A stretch of 64,000 nucleotides of DNA, taken from contig MEQT01000068.1 of the NCBI GenBank assembly GCA_001770325.1, positions 26,741-90,740 on the forward strand, given 5' to 3'. Below, in pieces: positions 42,949-55,591 of the stretch. Positions within the stretch are counted from its first letter, which is position 1. Every line of letters starts with the position of its first letter. The notes under the pieces were generated by a model. That model worked only from the letters and a program-made list of their open reading frames with translations. It had not been told where the DNA came from and ran no database searches. The translations under genes and the position numbers were made by a program. This DNA comes from Betaproteobacteria bacterium RIFCSPLOWO2_02_64_14 (lineage in GTDB: Bacteria; Pseudomonadota; Gammaproteobacteria; Burkholderiales; SG8-41).

Positions 42949-43025
42949 ATGAATTATGAATGATGAATGATGAATGGCGTCTCTTGTTGGAGCGATCGGC
43001 ATTTCACTCCGCATTCCGCATTCAT
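42949..43025. repeat. Inverted heptad arrays in the glmU-glmS spacer (4x ATGAAT[T/G] ... CATTCCG CATTCAT)
   Basis: ATGAATT ATGAATG ATGAATG ATGAATG at 42949-42976, and the inverted units CATTCCG CATTCAT at 43012-43025. The last unit contains the glmU stop. The left array ends 11 nt from the glmS ATG. Confidence 0.75.
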
Positions 43026-44389
43026 CGTTGTTTCTTCGCCGGGCGCTTCCATCCCGGCCGGGTGACCTGGGTCTTCTCGTTGATGGTTAGCGCACCCGCC
43101 GGCGCGCGCTTCCACACCGTGGTGCCGGCCCCGACCGTGGCGCCTTTGCCGACCGTGACCGGCGCCACGAGCTGGACGTCAGAGCCGATCTGCACGTCGT
43201 CCTCGATCACCGTGCGGTGCTTGTTCGCGCCGTCGTAGTTGCAGGTGATCGTACCGGCGCCGATGTTTACGCGGGCTCCAACCGCGGCGTCCCCTATGTA
43301 AGCAAGATGGTTCGCCTTGGAATGCTCGCCGATGGTGCTGTTCTTGACCTCGACGAAATTGCCGATGTGAACGTCGCGCGCGAGCCTTGCGCCGGGCCGG
43401 ATGCGGGCATAGGGCCCGATCCGGCAGTCGGCCCCGATCACCGAATCCTCGATCAGCGTATACGGTTCGACCACGGTACGGTCTCCGATCGCGACATTTT
43501 TCAGCACGCAGTTGGGTCCGATGCTGACATCTGCGCCAAGCGAGACTGCGCCCAGGAAAACGCAATTGATGTCGATTGCCACATCGTCTCCGCATTCGAG
43601 TTCGCCGCGCACGTCGATGCGCGCCGGATCGGCGAGCGAGACGCCCCGCTCGAGGAGGTTCTGCGCGTAACGGCGTTGATAGGTGCGCTCAAGCTGCGCG
43701 AGGTGGTCCCGGCTATTCACGCCGAGCACTTCCGCGGGATCCGCGGCCGTGGCGGCCTCCACCGGCACACCGTCTGCCCCCGCCTGAGCGAGCACGTCGG
43801 TGAGATAGTATTCGCCTTGGGCGTTGCGAGTCTCGAGCCTGCCAAGCCACGAGGCGAGCCTCTTCGTCGGCAGCGCCATGATGCCGGTGTTGATTTCGCG
43901 AATGCGCCTCTGCACCGGGGTTGCGTCCGCGTCCTCGATGATGCGTTTGATCCTTCCCCTGCGGTCGCGCAGCACGCGCCCGTAACCCGACGGATCATCC
44001 GGCATGGCGGTGAGCACCATCACCCGCTCGATCTTGCCCGCAACCATCGGCGCAAGCGTCTCGGCACGAACCAGCGGTACGTCGCCGTACAGTACTAAGG
44101 TAACGTCCGATTCTCCGATCATCGGCAATGCCCGCCGCAGTGCGTCGCCGGTCCCCAATTGAGGCGCCTGCCGGACGAATACTACGTCTCGTGCCCCGAT
44201 TGATTGCCGCACCAGTTCGCCGCCATGCCCGTAAACCACGCAGATTGTCGCGGACTTCAGCCGACGCGCGGTGGTTATCACCCGATCGATGAGCGTCGTT
44301 CCGCCAACGCGGTGCAGCACCTTGGGCAAGCGCGAAACCATGCGCTTACCCTGACCCGCTGCAAGAATCACGACGCTCAACGACATCAT
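43022..44389 (-). CDS. glmU: Bifunctional GlcNAc-1-P uridylyltransferase / GlcN-1-P acetyltransferase
   Basis: Starts MMSLSVVILAAGQGKRM and has C-terminal left-handed beta-helix hexapeptide repeats. The 498-aa ORF extension upstream overlaps glpD and I rejected it. Confidence 0.93.
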   Translation of the reverse strand: MMSLSVVILAAGQGKRMVSRLPKVLHRVGGTTLIDRVITTARRLKSATICVVYGHGGELVRQSIGARDVVFVRQAPQLGTGDALRRALPMIGESDVTLVLYGDVPLVRAETLAPMVAGKIERVMVLTAMPDDPSGYGRVLRDRRGRIKRIIEDADATPVQRRIREINTGIMALPTKRLASWLGRLETRNAQGEYYLTDVLAQAGADGVPVEAATAADPAEVLGVNSRDHLAQLERTYQRRYAQNLLERGVSLADPARIDVRGELECGDDVAIDINCVFLGAVSLGADVSIGPNCVLKNVAIGDRTVVEPYTLIEDSVIGADCRIGPYARIRPGARLARDVHIGNFVEVKNSTIGEHSKANHLAYIGDAAVGARVNIGAGTITCNYDGANKHRTVIEDDVQIGSDVQLVAPVTVGKGATVGAGTTVWKRAPAGALTINEKTQVTRPGWKRPAKKQR

Positions 44390-44406
44390 AAAATTATCGC
44401 ACAGCG

Positions 44407-45900
44407 TCAATGAACCTGCTGACGGACGTAGTCCTCGACCGCCTGCCGCTCGGTCGCGGTGAGGTGCAGCCCGCACTTGGTGCGACGCCACAAGACATCT
44501 TCTCCCGTGCGCGCCCATTCACGGGAAATGAAGTAATCGACCTCCCTGGTATAGAGATCCGCCCCCAGGTGCGCGCCCAGGGTGCCGGTCGATTCGGCAT
44601 CGCCCAGGACCTCCCCGATCAGCGTGCCGTGGCGGCGGAGCAGTGCGGCGACGAGTTGGCCTGGCAGCCCGGAATAGCGTCCACCGAGCGTGTCCGTCGC
44701 CGCTGCGGGTCCGCCCGCAACGGCCTCGCCGCCCGGCAGCGGCGCGCTTGCTGTCCACGGGCCCCGCGCCCCCGGAAACCACGGCGCAAGGGCTTCAAGA
44801 GCGCGCTCGGCAAGCCGCCGATAGGTCGTAATTTTGCCGCCAAACACCGATAGCACCGGCGCCTCACCTCTTGTCCCATCGACGCGCAATACGTAATCGC
44901 GCGTGATCGCGGATGGATTGCTCGATCCGTCGTCGAACAGGGGACGTATGCCACAGTAGCGCCAAACCACGTCGCGCGCGTGCAGTTCACGCGAAAAATA
45001 ACGGTTGGCGGCACGACACAGGTACGCCACCTCCTGCTCGGTCGCCTCACATGGCCCCGGCTTTCCTGAAAACTCGATCTCCGTGGTGCCAATCAGGGTG
45101 TAGTGGCGCTCGTACGGGTAAACGAACACCACCCGGCGGTCGTCGTTCTGCAGAATGAATGCATGCTCGCCGTCGTAGAGCCGAGGCACGACGATGTGAC
45201 TGCCTTGCACCAGCTTGAGATTGAAGGTGGCCGGCTGGTGGACGGTATCGACGAGAAACTTCCGCGCCCACGGACCGCTGACGTTCGCGATCGCTTTCGC
45301 CACCACGTCCGACTCGCACCCGGCCGCGTCCCGCAAGCGGGCGCGCCACCGCCCGTCGGTTCGCACGGCCGCCGTGCACGTCGTATGCGTCGCTATCCGC
45401 GCACCCAAGTCGGCGGCCGCGCGCGCGTTGCAGATTACCAGGCGCGCATCATCGACCCAGCAATCCGAATAGACGAAGCCCAGCTCGAGACCGGGTTTGA
45501 GGCCCGCACCATATGGTGATTTGCGCAGATCCACGCGATGTGATCCCGGCAACGTCTGGCGGCGGGCAAGGTAGTCGTAAAGAAACAGTCCGGCGCGGAT
45601 CATCCACGCGGGCCGCAACTGAGGCACGTGGGGCATCACGAAGCGCATCGGGCGTACAAGATGCGGCGCGCAATGCAGCAGGACCTCGCGCTCCGCCAAC
45701 GCCTCCGCGACAAGACGAAACTCGTAGTGCTCGAGATAGCGCAACCCCCCGTGGATGAGCTTGCTGCTCGCCGAACTCGTCGCCGAACCCAGATCGTGGC
45801 TTTCGCACAGCAGAACGCTCAGGCCACGCCCGGCCGCATCGCGCGCGATGCCCACGCCGTTGATGCCACCGCCGACCACGAGGAGATCGTAAGTGTCCAT
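44407..45900 (-). CDS. glpD: Aerobic glycerol-3-phosphate dehydrogenase (FAD)
   Basis: 497 aa. YDLLVVGGGINGVGIARDAAGRGLSVLLCE...SSKLIHGGLRYLEHYEF aligns closely with E. coli GlpD from the N-terminus to the WRRTK motif. Confidence 0.9.
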   Translation of the reverse strand: MDTYDLLVVGGGINGVGIARDAAGRGLSVLLCESHDLGSATSSASSKLIHGGLRYLEHYEFRLVAEALAEREVLLHCAPHLVRPMRFVMPHVPQLRPAWMIRAGLFLYDYLARRQTLPGSHRVDLRKSPYGAGLKPGLELGFVYSDCWVDDARLVICNARAAADLGARIATHTTCTAAVRTDGRWRARLRDAAGCESDVVAKAIANVSGPWARKFLVDTVHQPATFNLKLVQGSHIVVPRLYDGEHAFILQNDDRRVVFVYPYERHYTLIGTTEIEFSGKPGPCEATEQEVAYLCRAANRYFSRELHARDVVWRYCGIRPLFDDGSSNPSAITRDYVLRVDGTRGEAPVLSVFGGKITTYRRLAERALEALAPWFPGARGPWTASAPLPGGEAVAGGPAAATDTLGGRYSGLPGQLVAALLRRHGTLIGEVLGDAESTGTLGAHLGADLYTREVDYFISREWARTGEDVLWRRTKCGLHLTATERQAVEDYVRQQVH

Positions 45901-46017
45901 GAATGAATAAAGGCAGCGCCGGCGCCGCCTCCTGCTTTTTCCCGGGAGTTGAGCGGCGTATGCGTCCGTTCCAACTCACGGTGGTAAGCCCGCGTCGGAC
46001 GACGTCGGGACTTACCG

Positions 46018-46437
46018 CTATTTCTTGCGCAGCTTGCGAATCGCCGCAAGCTGGGCAGCCATCATCGCGAACTCGGCCTGAAGGGTGGCGATTTCCTGCT
46101 TGTCCTGCGACTTCGCCATGGCCTCCTGGGCGGCGCGCAGTGCTTCGTTCGCCTTCGCCTCATCGAGGTCGTGGCCGCGGATTGCGGTGTCAGCCAGCAC
46201 GGTAATCACCCCCGGCTGCACCTCGAGTATGCCGCCCGCGACAAAAATCAATTCTTCGTCACCGCCTCCCGCCGGAAGAATCCGCACCGCTCCCGGCTTG
46301 ATCCGTGTGATGAGCGGCGTGTGGCGCGGATAGATGCCGAGTTCGCCGGCCTCGCCCGGCAGCACCACGAACTGCGCCTCGCCGGAGTAGATCGACTCTT
46401 CGGCGCTGACAACGTCAACCCGCATGGTGGTCGCCAT
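46018..46437 (-). CDS. atpC: ATP synthase F1 epsilon subunit
   Basis: Starts [21 protein letters not shown], with the ATG 2 nt after the atpD stop. The upstream ORF extension is rejected. Confidence 0.9.
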   Translation of the reverse strand: MATTMRVDVVSAEESIYSGEAQFVVLPGEAGELGIYPRHTPLITRIKPGAVRILPAGGGDEELIFVAGGILEVQPGVITVLADTAIRGHDLDEAKANEALRAAQEAMAKSQDKQEIATLQAEFAMMAAQLAAIRKLRKK

Positions 46438-46439
46438 GA

Positions 46440-47888
<1,449 letters not shown>

Positions 47889-47889
47889 T

Positions 47890-48160
47890 TAGAACCTATC
47901 TCAATAATGGACGCGTGATGCGTTGTGGCCAGAACGCGATGAATGCTAGGAGCGGGGCGCAGCCCATATCGCGAATATGGGCAAGCCACGCGACAACGCA
48001 GGCGCGCGTTCTGGCCACAACCCGAAGGGACGGGGCGATCTGGGCGCATTTCGTCGTCGGCCTCCCTTGCAATATTCGCGATATTGCTGCACTCGCCCTC
48101 CTAGAACTGCATCCCACATCGCCTCCGTCGCACACGTGCCCATTATTGAGATAGGTTCTA
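47890..48160. mobile_element. MITE-like non-coding element with 21-bp perfect terminal inverted repeats, inserted between atpG and atpD
   Basis: TAGAACCTATCTCAATAATGG at 47890-47910 is the exact reverse complement of 48140-48160. There is an internal perfect 17-bp inverted repeat (47922-38 / 48005-21) and two 7-bp-stem hairpins (47963-81, 48069-87). No credible ORF is present. The termini are TA-flanked or TA-terminal. Confidence 0.7.
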
Positions 48161-49024
48161 GACGGCGGCCGCGCCGCCGACGATTTCAGAGAGTTCTTTG
48201 GTGATCGCGGCCTGGCGGTTCTTGTTGTAAACGAGCGTAAGCTCGTCGATGAGAGTGGCGGCATTGTCGGAGGCCGCCTTCATCGCCACCATCCGCGCCG
48301 ATTGCTCAGAGGCCATGCTCTCGGCGACCGCATGATAAATGATGGTCTCGACATAGCGCGTCAATACCTGGTCGAGCACCGATTTGGCATCCGGCTCGTA
48401 AATGTAGTCCCAAACCCCCTGCGGCACGCCCAGCCCCTCGGGACCGGCGAGCGGCAGCAGCTGACTGATGGTCGGCTCCTGCTTCATGGTATTGAGGAAG
48501 CGGCTCGACGCGATCATGACCCGGTCGAAGCGGTCCTGCATATAGCCGTCCAGCATGATTTTCACCGCGCCGATCAAGCGGTCCATTTGCGGGCGGTCGC
48601 CCAGCTGGACTGCCGAGGAGACGATGCTCGCGCCGAGTCGCTGCATGAAGCCCAGCCCCTTGTTGCCGATACAGCAGACGTCGATCTCCTCACCCTGCGT
48701 CTGCCAGTCCTTGTACTGCTGCAGCGTCAGGCGCAGCAGGTTCGTGTTAAGCGCCCCGCACAGTCCCTTGTCCGTGGTCACCACGATCACGCCCACGCGC
48801 TTGACGGTGTCGCGTTCGACCAGGAACGGGTGCCGGTACTCGGGATTGGCATGGCTGATGTGCGCCGCAATCGCTCGGATCTTCTCGCTGTAGGGCCGGA
48901 TCGCGCGCATGCGTTCCTGCGCCCGGCGCATTTTCGAGGCCGCGACCATCTCCATCGCCTTGGTGATCTTCCGGGTATTCTGCACGCTCCGGATCTTGAG
49001 GCGGATTTCCTTGGTTCCTGGCAT
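48158..49024 (-). CDS. atpG: ATP synthase F1 gamma subunit
   Basis: 288 aa, from [33 protein letters not shown] to the C-terminal [15 protein letters not shown]. Its TAG stop lies inside the terminal repeat of the adjacent element. Confidence 0.95.
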   Translation of the reverse strand: MPGTKEIRLKIRSVQNTRKITKAMEMVAASKMRRAQERMRAIRPYSEKIRAIAAHISHANPEYRHPFLVERDTVKRVGVIVVTTDKGLCGALNTNLLRLTLQQYKDWQTQGEEIDVCCIGNKGLGFMQRLGASIVSSAVQLGDRPQMDRLIGAVKIMLDGYMQDRFDRVMIASSRFLNTMKQEPTISQLLPLAGPEGLGVPQGVWDYIYEPDAKSVLDQVLTRYVETIIYHAVAESMASEQSARMVAMKAASDNAATLIDELTLVYNKNRQAAITKELSEIVGGAAAV

Positions 49025-49074
49025 GGGATTATGTCAGCCTGCAAATCGCTCGATGGCGCGGGTGTCGCCGGTTC

Positions 49075-50622
<1,548 letters not shown>

Positions 50623-50631
50623 TGCTGACTC

Positions 50632-51168
50632 CTAGCGGGACAGGGCGGCGGCCATCGCATCGAGTCTGCCGCGCACCGTCCCATCAATGACCTTGTCGCC
50701 TACGATAATCCTGACGCCGCCGATCAACTGCGGATCGATTTCGATCCGGGCGCGCACCTTGCGCTGGTGCCGCGCTTCCAGCCGGGCGACCAGATCGTTC
50801 ACCTGCTCATCCGCCAGCGGCAATGCCGATACGATGCGTGCCTCCAGCACCCCCTCGTAATCCCGGCGCAGCGCTTCGTACTGGGCGCGAATCTCGGCCA
50901 GCAGTTCAAAGCGTCCGCTTTCGATCAGCACCTGAACAAAATTGCGCGCCGAGCCGTCCAGCCTGTCGCCGGCGACCCCGAGCACCAGGCTTTCCAGCGC
51001 CTGCGGGCTCACCTTGGGGTCGCTGATGCATGCCCGCATCAGCGGCTCCTGCACCATGACTTCGAGCAGGCCCAGCGCGTCCGACCACGCAGCGAGCGCC
51101 GACCTCTCCCGGGCCAGCTTGAACGCGGCTTCCGCGTAGGGGCGGGCGACAGTTGCGAGTTCGGCCAT
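50632..51168 (-). CDS. atpH: ATP synthase F1 delta subunit
   Basis: 178 aa starting MAELATVARPYAEAAF. OSCP/delta family, and the position in the operon fits. Confidence 0.9.
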   Translation of the reverse strand: MAELATVARPYAEAAFKLARERSALAAWSDALGLLEVMVQEPLMRACISDPKVSPQALESLVLGVAGDRLDGSARNFVQVLIESGRFELLAEIRAQYEALRRDYEGVLEARIVSALPLADEQVNDLVARLEARHQRKVRARIEIDPQLIGGVRIIVGDKVIDGTVRGRLDAMAAALSR

Positions 51169-51197
51169 GATTCCTGATCGTCCGGCGTGCGCGCCGC

Positions 51198-51668
51198 CTA
51201 CAGCTGGCTCTGCACGCCGCGGAGCATTTCGGCGTGTGCCTTGGCGTCCACCTCGCGCTTGAGGATCTGCTCTGCGCCTGCCACCGCGAGTGCTGCGACC
51301 TGCGTGCGCAGCGCCTCCTTGGCGCGTGAGACCTCCTGCTGGATCTCCGCTTTGGCGCCGGCGACCAGACGCTCACCCTCGGTCCGCGCCATGACCTTGG
51401 CCTCTTCGAGCAACTGCGCGGCGCGCCGGTCCGCTTGGCCGATGATTTCCTGCGCCTGCTGCCGGGTCTGAGCCAGCATCTGGGCCGTCTGCTTCGAGGC
51501 CTGCTCCAGATCCTGCCGGCCGCGTTCTGCCGCGGCCAAGCCATCGGCGATCGTCTTCTGCCGCGCCTCAATCTGTTTCATGAGCCACGGCCAGATGAAC
51601 TTCGCGCAGAGAAAAATGAACACGAAGAACATGATCGCCTGGGCAATCATCGTAACCGTCAGGCTCAT
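51198..51668 (-). CDS. atpF: ATP synthase F0 b subunit
   Basis: Starts [37 protein letters not shown] (TM helix followed by a long charged helix). The ATG at 51668 lies 19 nt after atpE. Confidence 0.9.
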   Translation of the reverse strand: MSLTVTMIAQAIMFFVFIFLCAKFIWPWLMKQIEARQKTIADGLAAAERGRQDLEQASKQTAQMLAQTRQQAQEIIGQADRRAAQLLEEAKVMARTEGERLVAGAKAEIQQEVSRAKEALRTQVAALAVAGAEQILKREVDAKAHAEMLRGVQSQL

Positions 51669-51687
51669 GATTTTCCCCCCAGGGAAA

Positions 51688-51975
<288 letters not shown>

Positions 51976-52000
51976 TTAGTTTCAGTCGTAGGACACGAGG

Positions 52001-52810
52001 TCAATGCTGTTCGTGCGCCATCGCGACATAAACGATGGTGAGCATCATGAAGATGTATGCCTGCAGGCCCACGATCAGGATATGGAATATTGCCCAGGCA
52101 AGCCCTAGGGGGATGGCAAACAGGGAACCAATCCAGCCCGTTGCGGCCCACATCCAGAGCAGCAGGAAAATAATCTCGCCAGCATACATGTTCCCATATA
52201 GCCGCAGCGAGTGCGACAGCGGCTTGGAGATATATTCGACGAGATTGAACAGGAGATTGAACGGCCACAGCAGCACGTTGCTGCCGAACGGCGTGCAGAA
52301 CAGCTCGTGCGACCAGCCACCGATGCCCTTGATCTTGAGATTGTAGAAGATCATCAGTCCCCACACCGACAGCGCCAGCGCAAACGTAGTGTTCACGTCC
52401 GAGGTGGGTACCGGCTTCCACTCATGCTGCCGCAGGATGTGGGTGGTAAACCACGCCGCGAGATCGACCGGAATGAAATCCATCGCATTCATCAGAAGCA
52501 CCCAGACACCCACGGTCAGGGCGAGCGGTGTGACGAAGGCGCGGTTGCCGTGGAAGATACCCTTCACCTGGTCGTCGACAAAAACGACGAGAAGTTCCAC
52601 AAAGGCCTGGCGTTTGCCCGGTACACCCGGGGTCGCGCCGCGAACGACCCACCATAGGAAGCCGAAGCCGATGACACCAAGCGCCGCGGCCGTTGCGACG
52701 GTATCCAAGTTGAGCGTCCAGAACGGATCCTCGCCGAGCGCGATGGTGCGGTTGGTCAGATGGTGCCCGATGTAGGAGCTGGGTGTCAGTTCGGCAGCAG
52801 CCATAAACAT
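52001..52810 (-). CDS. atpB: ATP synthase F0 a subunit
   Basis: 269-aa polytopic membrane protein with the conserved [15 protein letters not shown] motif (essential Arg). Confidence 0.93.
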   Translation of the reverse strand: MFMAAAELTPSSYIGHHLTNRTIALGEDPFWTLNLDTVATAAALGVIGFGFLWWVVRGATPGVPGKRQAFVELLVVFVDDQVKGIFHGNRAFVTPLALTVGVWVLLMNAMDFIPVDLAAWFTTHILRQHEWKPVPTSDVNTTFALALSVWGLMIFYNLKIKGIGGWSHELFCTPFGSNVLLWPFNLLFNLVEYISKPLSHSLRLYGNMYAGEIIFLLLWMWAATGWIGSLFAIPLGLAWAIFHILIVGLQAYIFMMLTIVYVAMAHEQH

Positions 52811-52820
52811 TTTCTTGTGG

Positions 52821-53201
52821 CTATTTTCCGCGTACCGCTATCGCCATGCTGAAAATCACGACCGTCAGGATAAAGGTGCCGATGAATACGCCCGGAACCA
52901 CCTGTCGGTAATGCGCGAGCACCAGCCACAACAGGCAGACGACCAGCGCGACCTTGCTGACCTCGGCCCGGATGGCGGTGCGTAGAATCTCCCCTGCTGT
53001 TCTGCCATGACTCCGCGCAGCGACCCAGGCGAATACCGCACCGGCCACGATATTGATGATCCCACCGAGCAACGCGGATATGGCGCCGTGGTGGCCTTGC
53101 CACACCCACGCAATCAACGCCGCTGCAGCCGTAGCGTACACCATGCGCCATAGCGCGGCCTGAATCGGACCGACGCCGCCGGGGTGCGCCACGCGAGTCA
53201 T
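52821..53201 (-). CDS. atpI: ATP synthase protein I
   Basis: 126-aa hydrophobic protein and the first gene of the atp operon. Assigned by position and composition. Confidence 0.7.
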   Translation of the reverse strand: MTRVAHPGGVGPIQAALWRMVYATAAAALIAWVWQGHHGAISALLGGIINIVAGAVFAWVAARSHGRTAGEILRTAIRAEVSKVALVVCLLWLVLAHYRQVVPGVFIGTFILTVVIFSMAIAVRGK

Positions 53202-53316
53202 CCGCGGAAAAAACCTGCGGATTATACGCTGCGCGCGCGCTCTCCGTCAAAACTCTGCCCCGCACTCGGCCCTGCAAATCGCGAACGTGCCGCGGTGTGG
53301 CGCACCCGGTCGCGAC

Positions 53317-54174
53317 CTAGACGCGGCGCGCTATCCTCTCGATGAAGTCCTGCAACTGATCCAGGCTCTCGTAGTGGATGACCAGCGTACCGTGACCGGA
53401 CTTGCCCCGCGTCTTGATGCGGACTCTCGTGCCGAGACTGCTTGCAAGATCGTCTTCGAGTCGCGCTACGTCGCGATCGACGCGGCGCGGTGCAGAAGCG
53501 CTCCCCGCGCGTCTTGTCGCGTTCCCCACGCGCCGTTCGACATCGCGCACCGACCACTGTCTGGCGGCGGCCTCCCGCGCGAGCTCCACCTGCTGCAGCG
53601 GCGGCAATGCAAGCAGCGCGCGCGCGTGCCCCATGTCGAGCTTGCCTGCCGCGAGCAGCTCGCGCACAGGGGGTGCGAGCTCGAGCAGCCGCAGGATATT
53701 TGTCACTGCGGCGCGCGAGCGTCCGAGGACTTCGGCGATGCTTTGGTGTGTCATCGAAAATTCCTGCACGAGCCGCTGAATGCCGCCCGCCTCCTCGAGC
53801 GGGTTGAGGTCCTCGCGCTGGATGTTTTCAACCAGCGCGGCGGCCAGCGCCTGCCGGTCGGGAATATCCCGTACCAGCGCCGGAACTGCGGTGAGACCCG
53901 CCATGCGTGCTGCCCGCCAGCGCCGTTCGCCAGCGATGATTTCATAGCGCCCGCCAGGGGCCGGGCGCACCAGGATCGGTTGCATGACACCCTGGGACTT
54001 GATCGACTCGGCAAGCTCTGCCAGGCCCTCTCCGCCCGGCCGCACGCGCGGCTGGTACTTGCCGGGCTGCAATTCATCGATGGAGAGGTGACTCAGCCCG
54101 TCTTCGGACCCCGGTCGCGGGTCATCTCCCAGCAGAGCATCGAGTCCACGTCCCAGCCCTTTCGCTTTCACCAT
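53317..54174 (-). CDS. parB: Chromosome partitioning protein ParB
   Basis: 285 aa with the ParB box [10 protein letters not shown], the arginine patch [11 protein letters not shown] and an HTH region. Confidence 0.93.
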   Translation of the reverse strand: MVKAKGLGRGLDALLGDDPRPGSEDGLSHLSIDELQPGKYQPRVRPGGEGLAELAESIKSQGVMQPILVRPAPGGRYEIIAGERRWRAARMAGLTAVPALVRDIPDRQALAAALVENIQREDLNPLEEAGGIQRLVQEFSMTHQSIAEVLGRSRAAVTNILRLLELAPPVRELLAAGKLDMGHARALLALPPLQQVELAREAAARQWSVRDVERRVGNATRRAGSASAPRRVDRDVARLEDDLASSLGTRVRIKTRGKSGHGTLVIHYESLDQLQDFIERIARRV

Positions 54175-54180
54175 GACAGT

Positions 54181-54960
54181 CTACGGCCTCCCCGGCGGCG
54201 CATCGCGATTAAGCATCTCGCCCGCGAGCGCCAGATAGGCCTGCGCGCCCTTGGAACCGCGGTCGAACTTCAGCGCCGGCAAACCGTGACTGGGTGCCTC
54301 GGCGAGACGCACGTTGCGCGGGATGACAGTGCGATAAACCCGCTCGCCAAAATGTTCCAGGAGCTGGGCCGATACCTGCTGTGAAAGAATGTTCCGTGGG
54401 TCGTACATGGTGCGCAGCAGGCCCTCGATCTGCAACCCCGGGTTGAGGTGTGCGCGTACCTTGCGGATCGTCGCCACCAGATCGGAGAGCCCCTCGAGCG
54501 CGTAGTACTCGCACTGCATCGGAATCAGTACCGCGTGGGCCGCGACGAGGCCGTTCACCGTGAGCAGGTTCAGCGCCGGGGGACAATCGATGAGTACATA
54601 TTCGTAGTCTTCCTGCACCGTGGCCAGCGCATCCTTGAGGCGCGTCTCGCGGTGCTCAAGGTCGACCAGTTCAACTTCGGCGCCCGCAAGGTTGCGGTTG
54701 GCCGGCACGACATCGTACTCGCCGCTCTCGGAGCGCAGCCGGACTTCGATCATGGTGCGCGCGCCCAAAAGTACCTGGTACACCGTGGCGGTAAGCGCGC
54801 TTTTCTCGACGCCACTTCCCATCGTGGCGTTGCCCTGAGGATCCAGGTCGACCAACAACACCCTGCGTTGGGCCGCAGCGAGGCTTGCAGCAAGATTGAC
54901 ACCGGTGGTCGTCTTGCCCACGCCACCTTTCTGATTTGTGATTGCGACGACCCTCGTCAT
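54181..54960 (-). CDS. parA: Chromosome partitioning ATPase ParA/Soj
   Basis: 259 aa with the deviant Walker A NQKGGVGKTT. Confidence 0.93.
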   Translation of the reverse strand: MTRVVAITNQKGGVGKTTTGVNLAASLAAAQRRVLLVDLDPQGNATMGSGVEKSALTATVYQVLLGARTMIEVRLRSESGEYDVVPANRNLAGAEVELVDLEHRETRLKDALATVQEDYEYVLIDCPPALNLLTVNGLVAAHAVLIPMQCEYYALEGLSDLVATIRKVRAHLNPGLQIEGLLRTMYDPRNILSQQVSAQLLEHFGERVYRTVIPRNVRLAEAPSHGLPALKFDRGSKGAQAYLALAGEMLNRDAPPGRP

Positions 54961-54967
54961 GTTCGGC

Positions 54968-55591
54968 TCACACTGGCTGGATCAGCACCAAGTGGCGTTC
55001 GGCACCCAGGCCAGGAACGGCGAGCGGCACCACGCCTTGAAGCCGGTAGCGTGCAGGCAGCCGCGCGAGTTCCGCGCGAGGATACGCGCCCTTCATCGCC
55101 GCGAGTACGCCGTTGACGTCGCACAACGGCCCGCCCAGCGCCAAGAACCGCGGCAGGTCGGAGAGTGCGCGCGAGATGACCACGTCAAACCGCTGGCCCG
55201 CCTGCCACTGTTCGACGCGGATGCACACGACGTTCACGTTACGCAGTCCGAGTTCCAGGACCGCCTGCCGCAGAAACGCCGCTTTCTTGTGACTGCTCTC
55301 GACCAGCGTCACGGCGGCGTCCGCGCATGCGAGCGCGAGCGGGATTCCCGGCAAGCCCGCGCCGCTGCCGACATCGAGCCAGGAGGCGCCGCGCACATGG
55401 GGAATCACCGCCAACGCGTCCAACAGGTGGTGCGTGAGCATGTCCCGGCGCTCGCGTATTGCCGTGAGATTGTAGGTGGCATTCCATTTTTCGAGCAGCG
55501 CCAGATAGTCCAGGAGTTTCTCCTGCGCTTCACCTGGAAGGCTCAAGCCGAGCGCGGCAATTCCCTCGGCGAGGTCCGCTGCAAGGCTCAT
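54968..55591 (-). CDS. rsmG: 16S rRNA m7G527 methyltransferase
   Basis: 207 aa of the GidB family with SAM motif [15 protein letters not shown]. It overlaps the mnmG end by 4 nt. Confidence 0.9.
   Translation of the reverse strand: MSLAADLAEGIAALGLSLPGEAQEKLLDYLALLEKWNATYNLTAIRERRDMLTHHLLDALAVIPHVRGASWLDVGSGAGLPGIPLALACADAAVTLVESSHKKAAFLRQAVLELGLRNVNVVCIRVEQWQAGQRFDVVISRALSDLPRFLALGGPLCDVNGVLAAMKGAYPRAELARLPARYRLQGVVPLAVPGLGAERHLVLIQPV

Noticed and set aside
42949-42976. The ATGAATG heptad array resembles Fur-box (GATAATGATAATCATTATC) or ARG-box (TGAAT...ATTCA) half-sites.
   Set aside because: Alignment to either consensus breaks down after 6-7 nt, and the spacing and dyad arrangement are wrong. 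There is also no biological rationale for Fur or ArgR control in a glmU-glmS intercistronic region.
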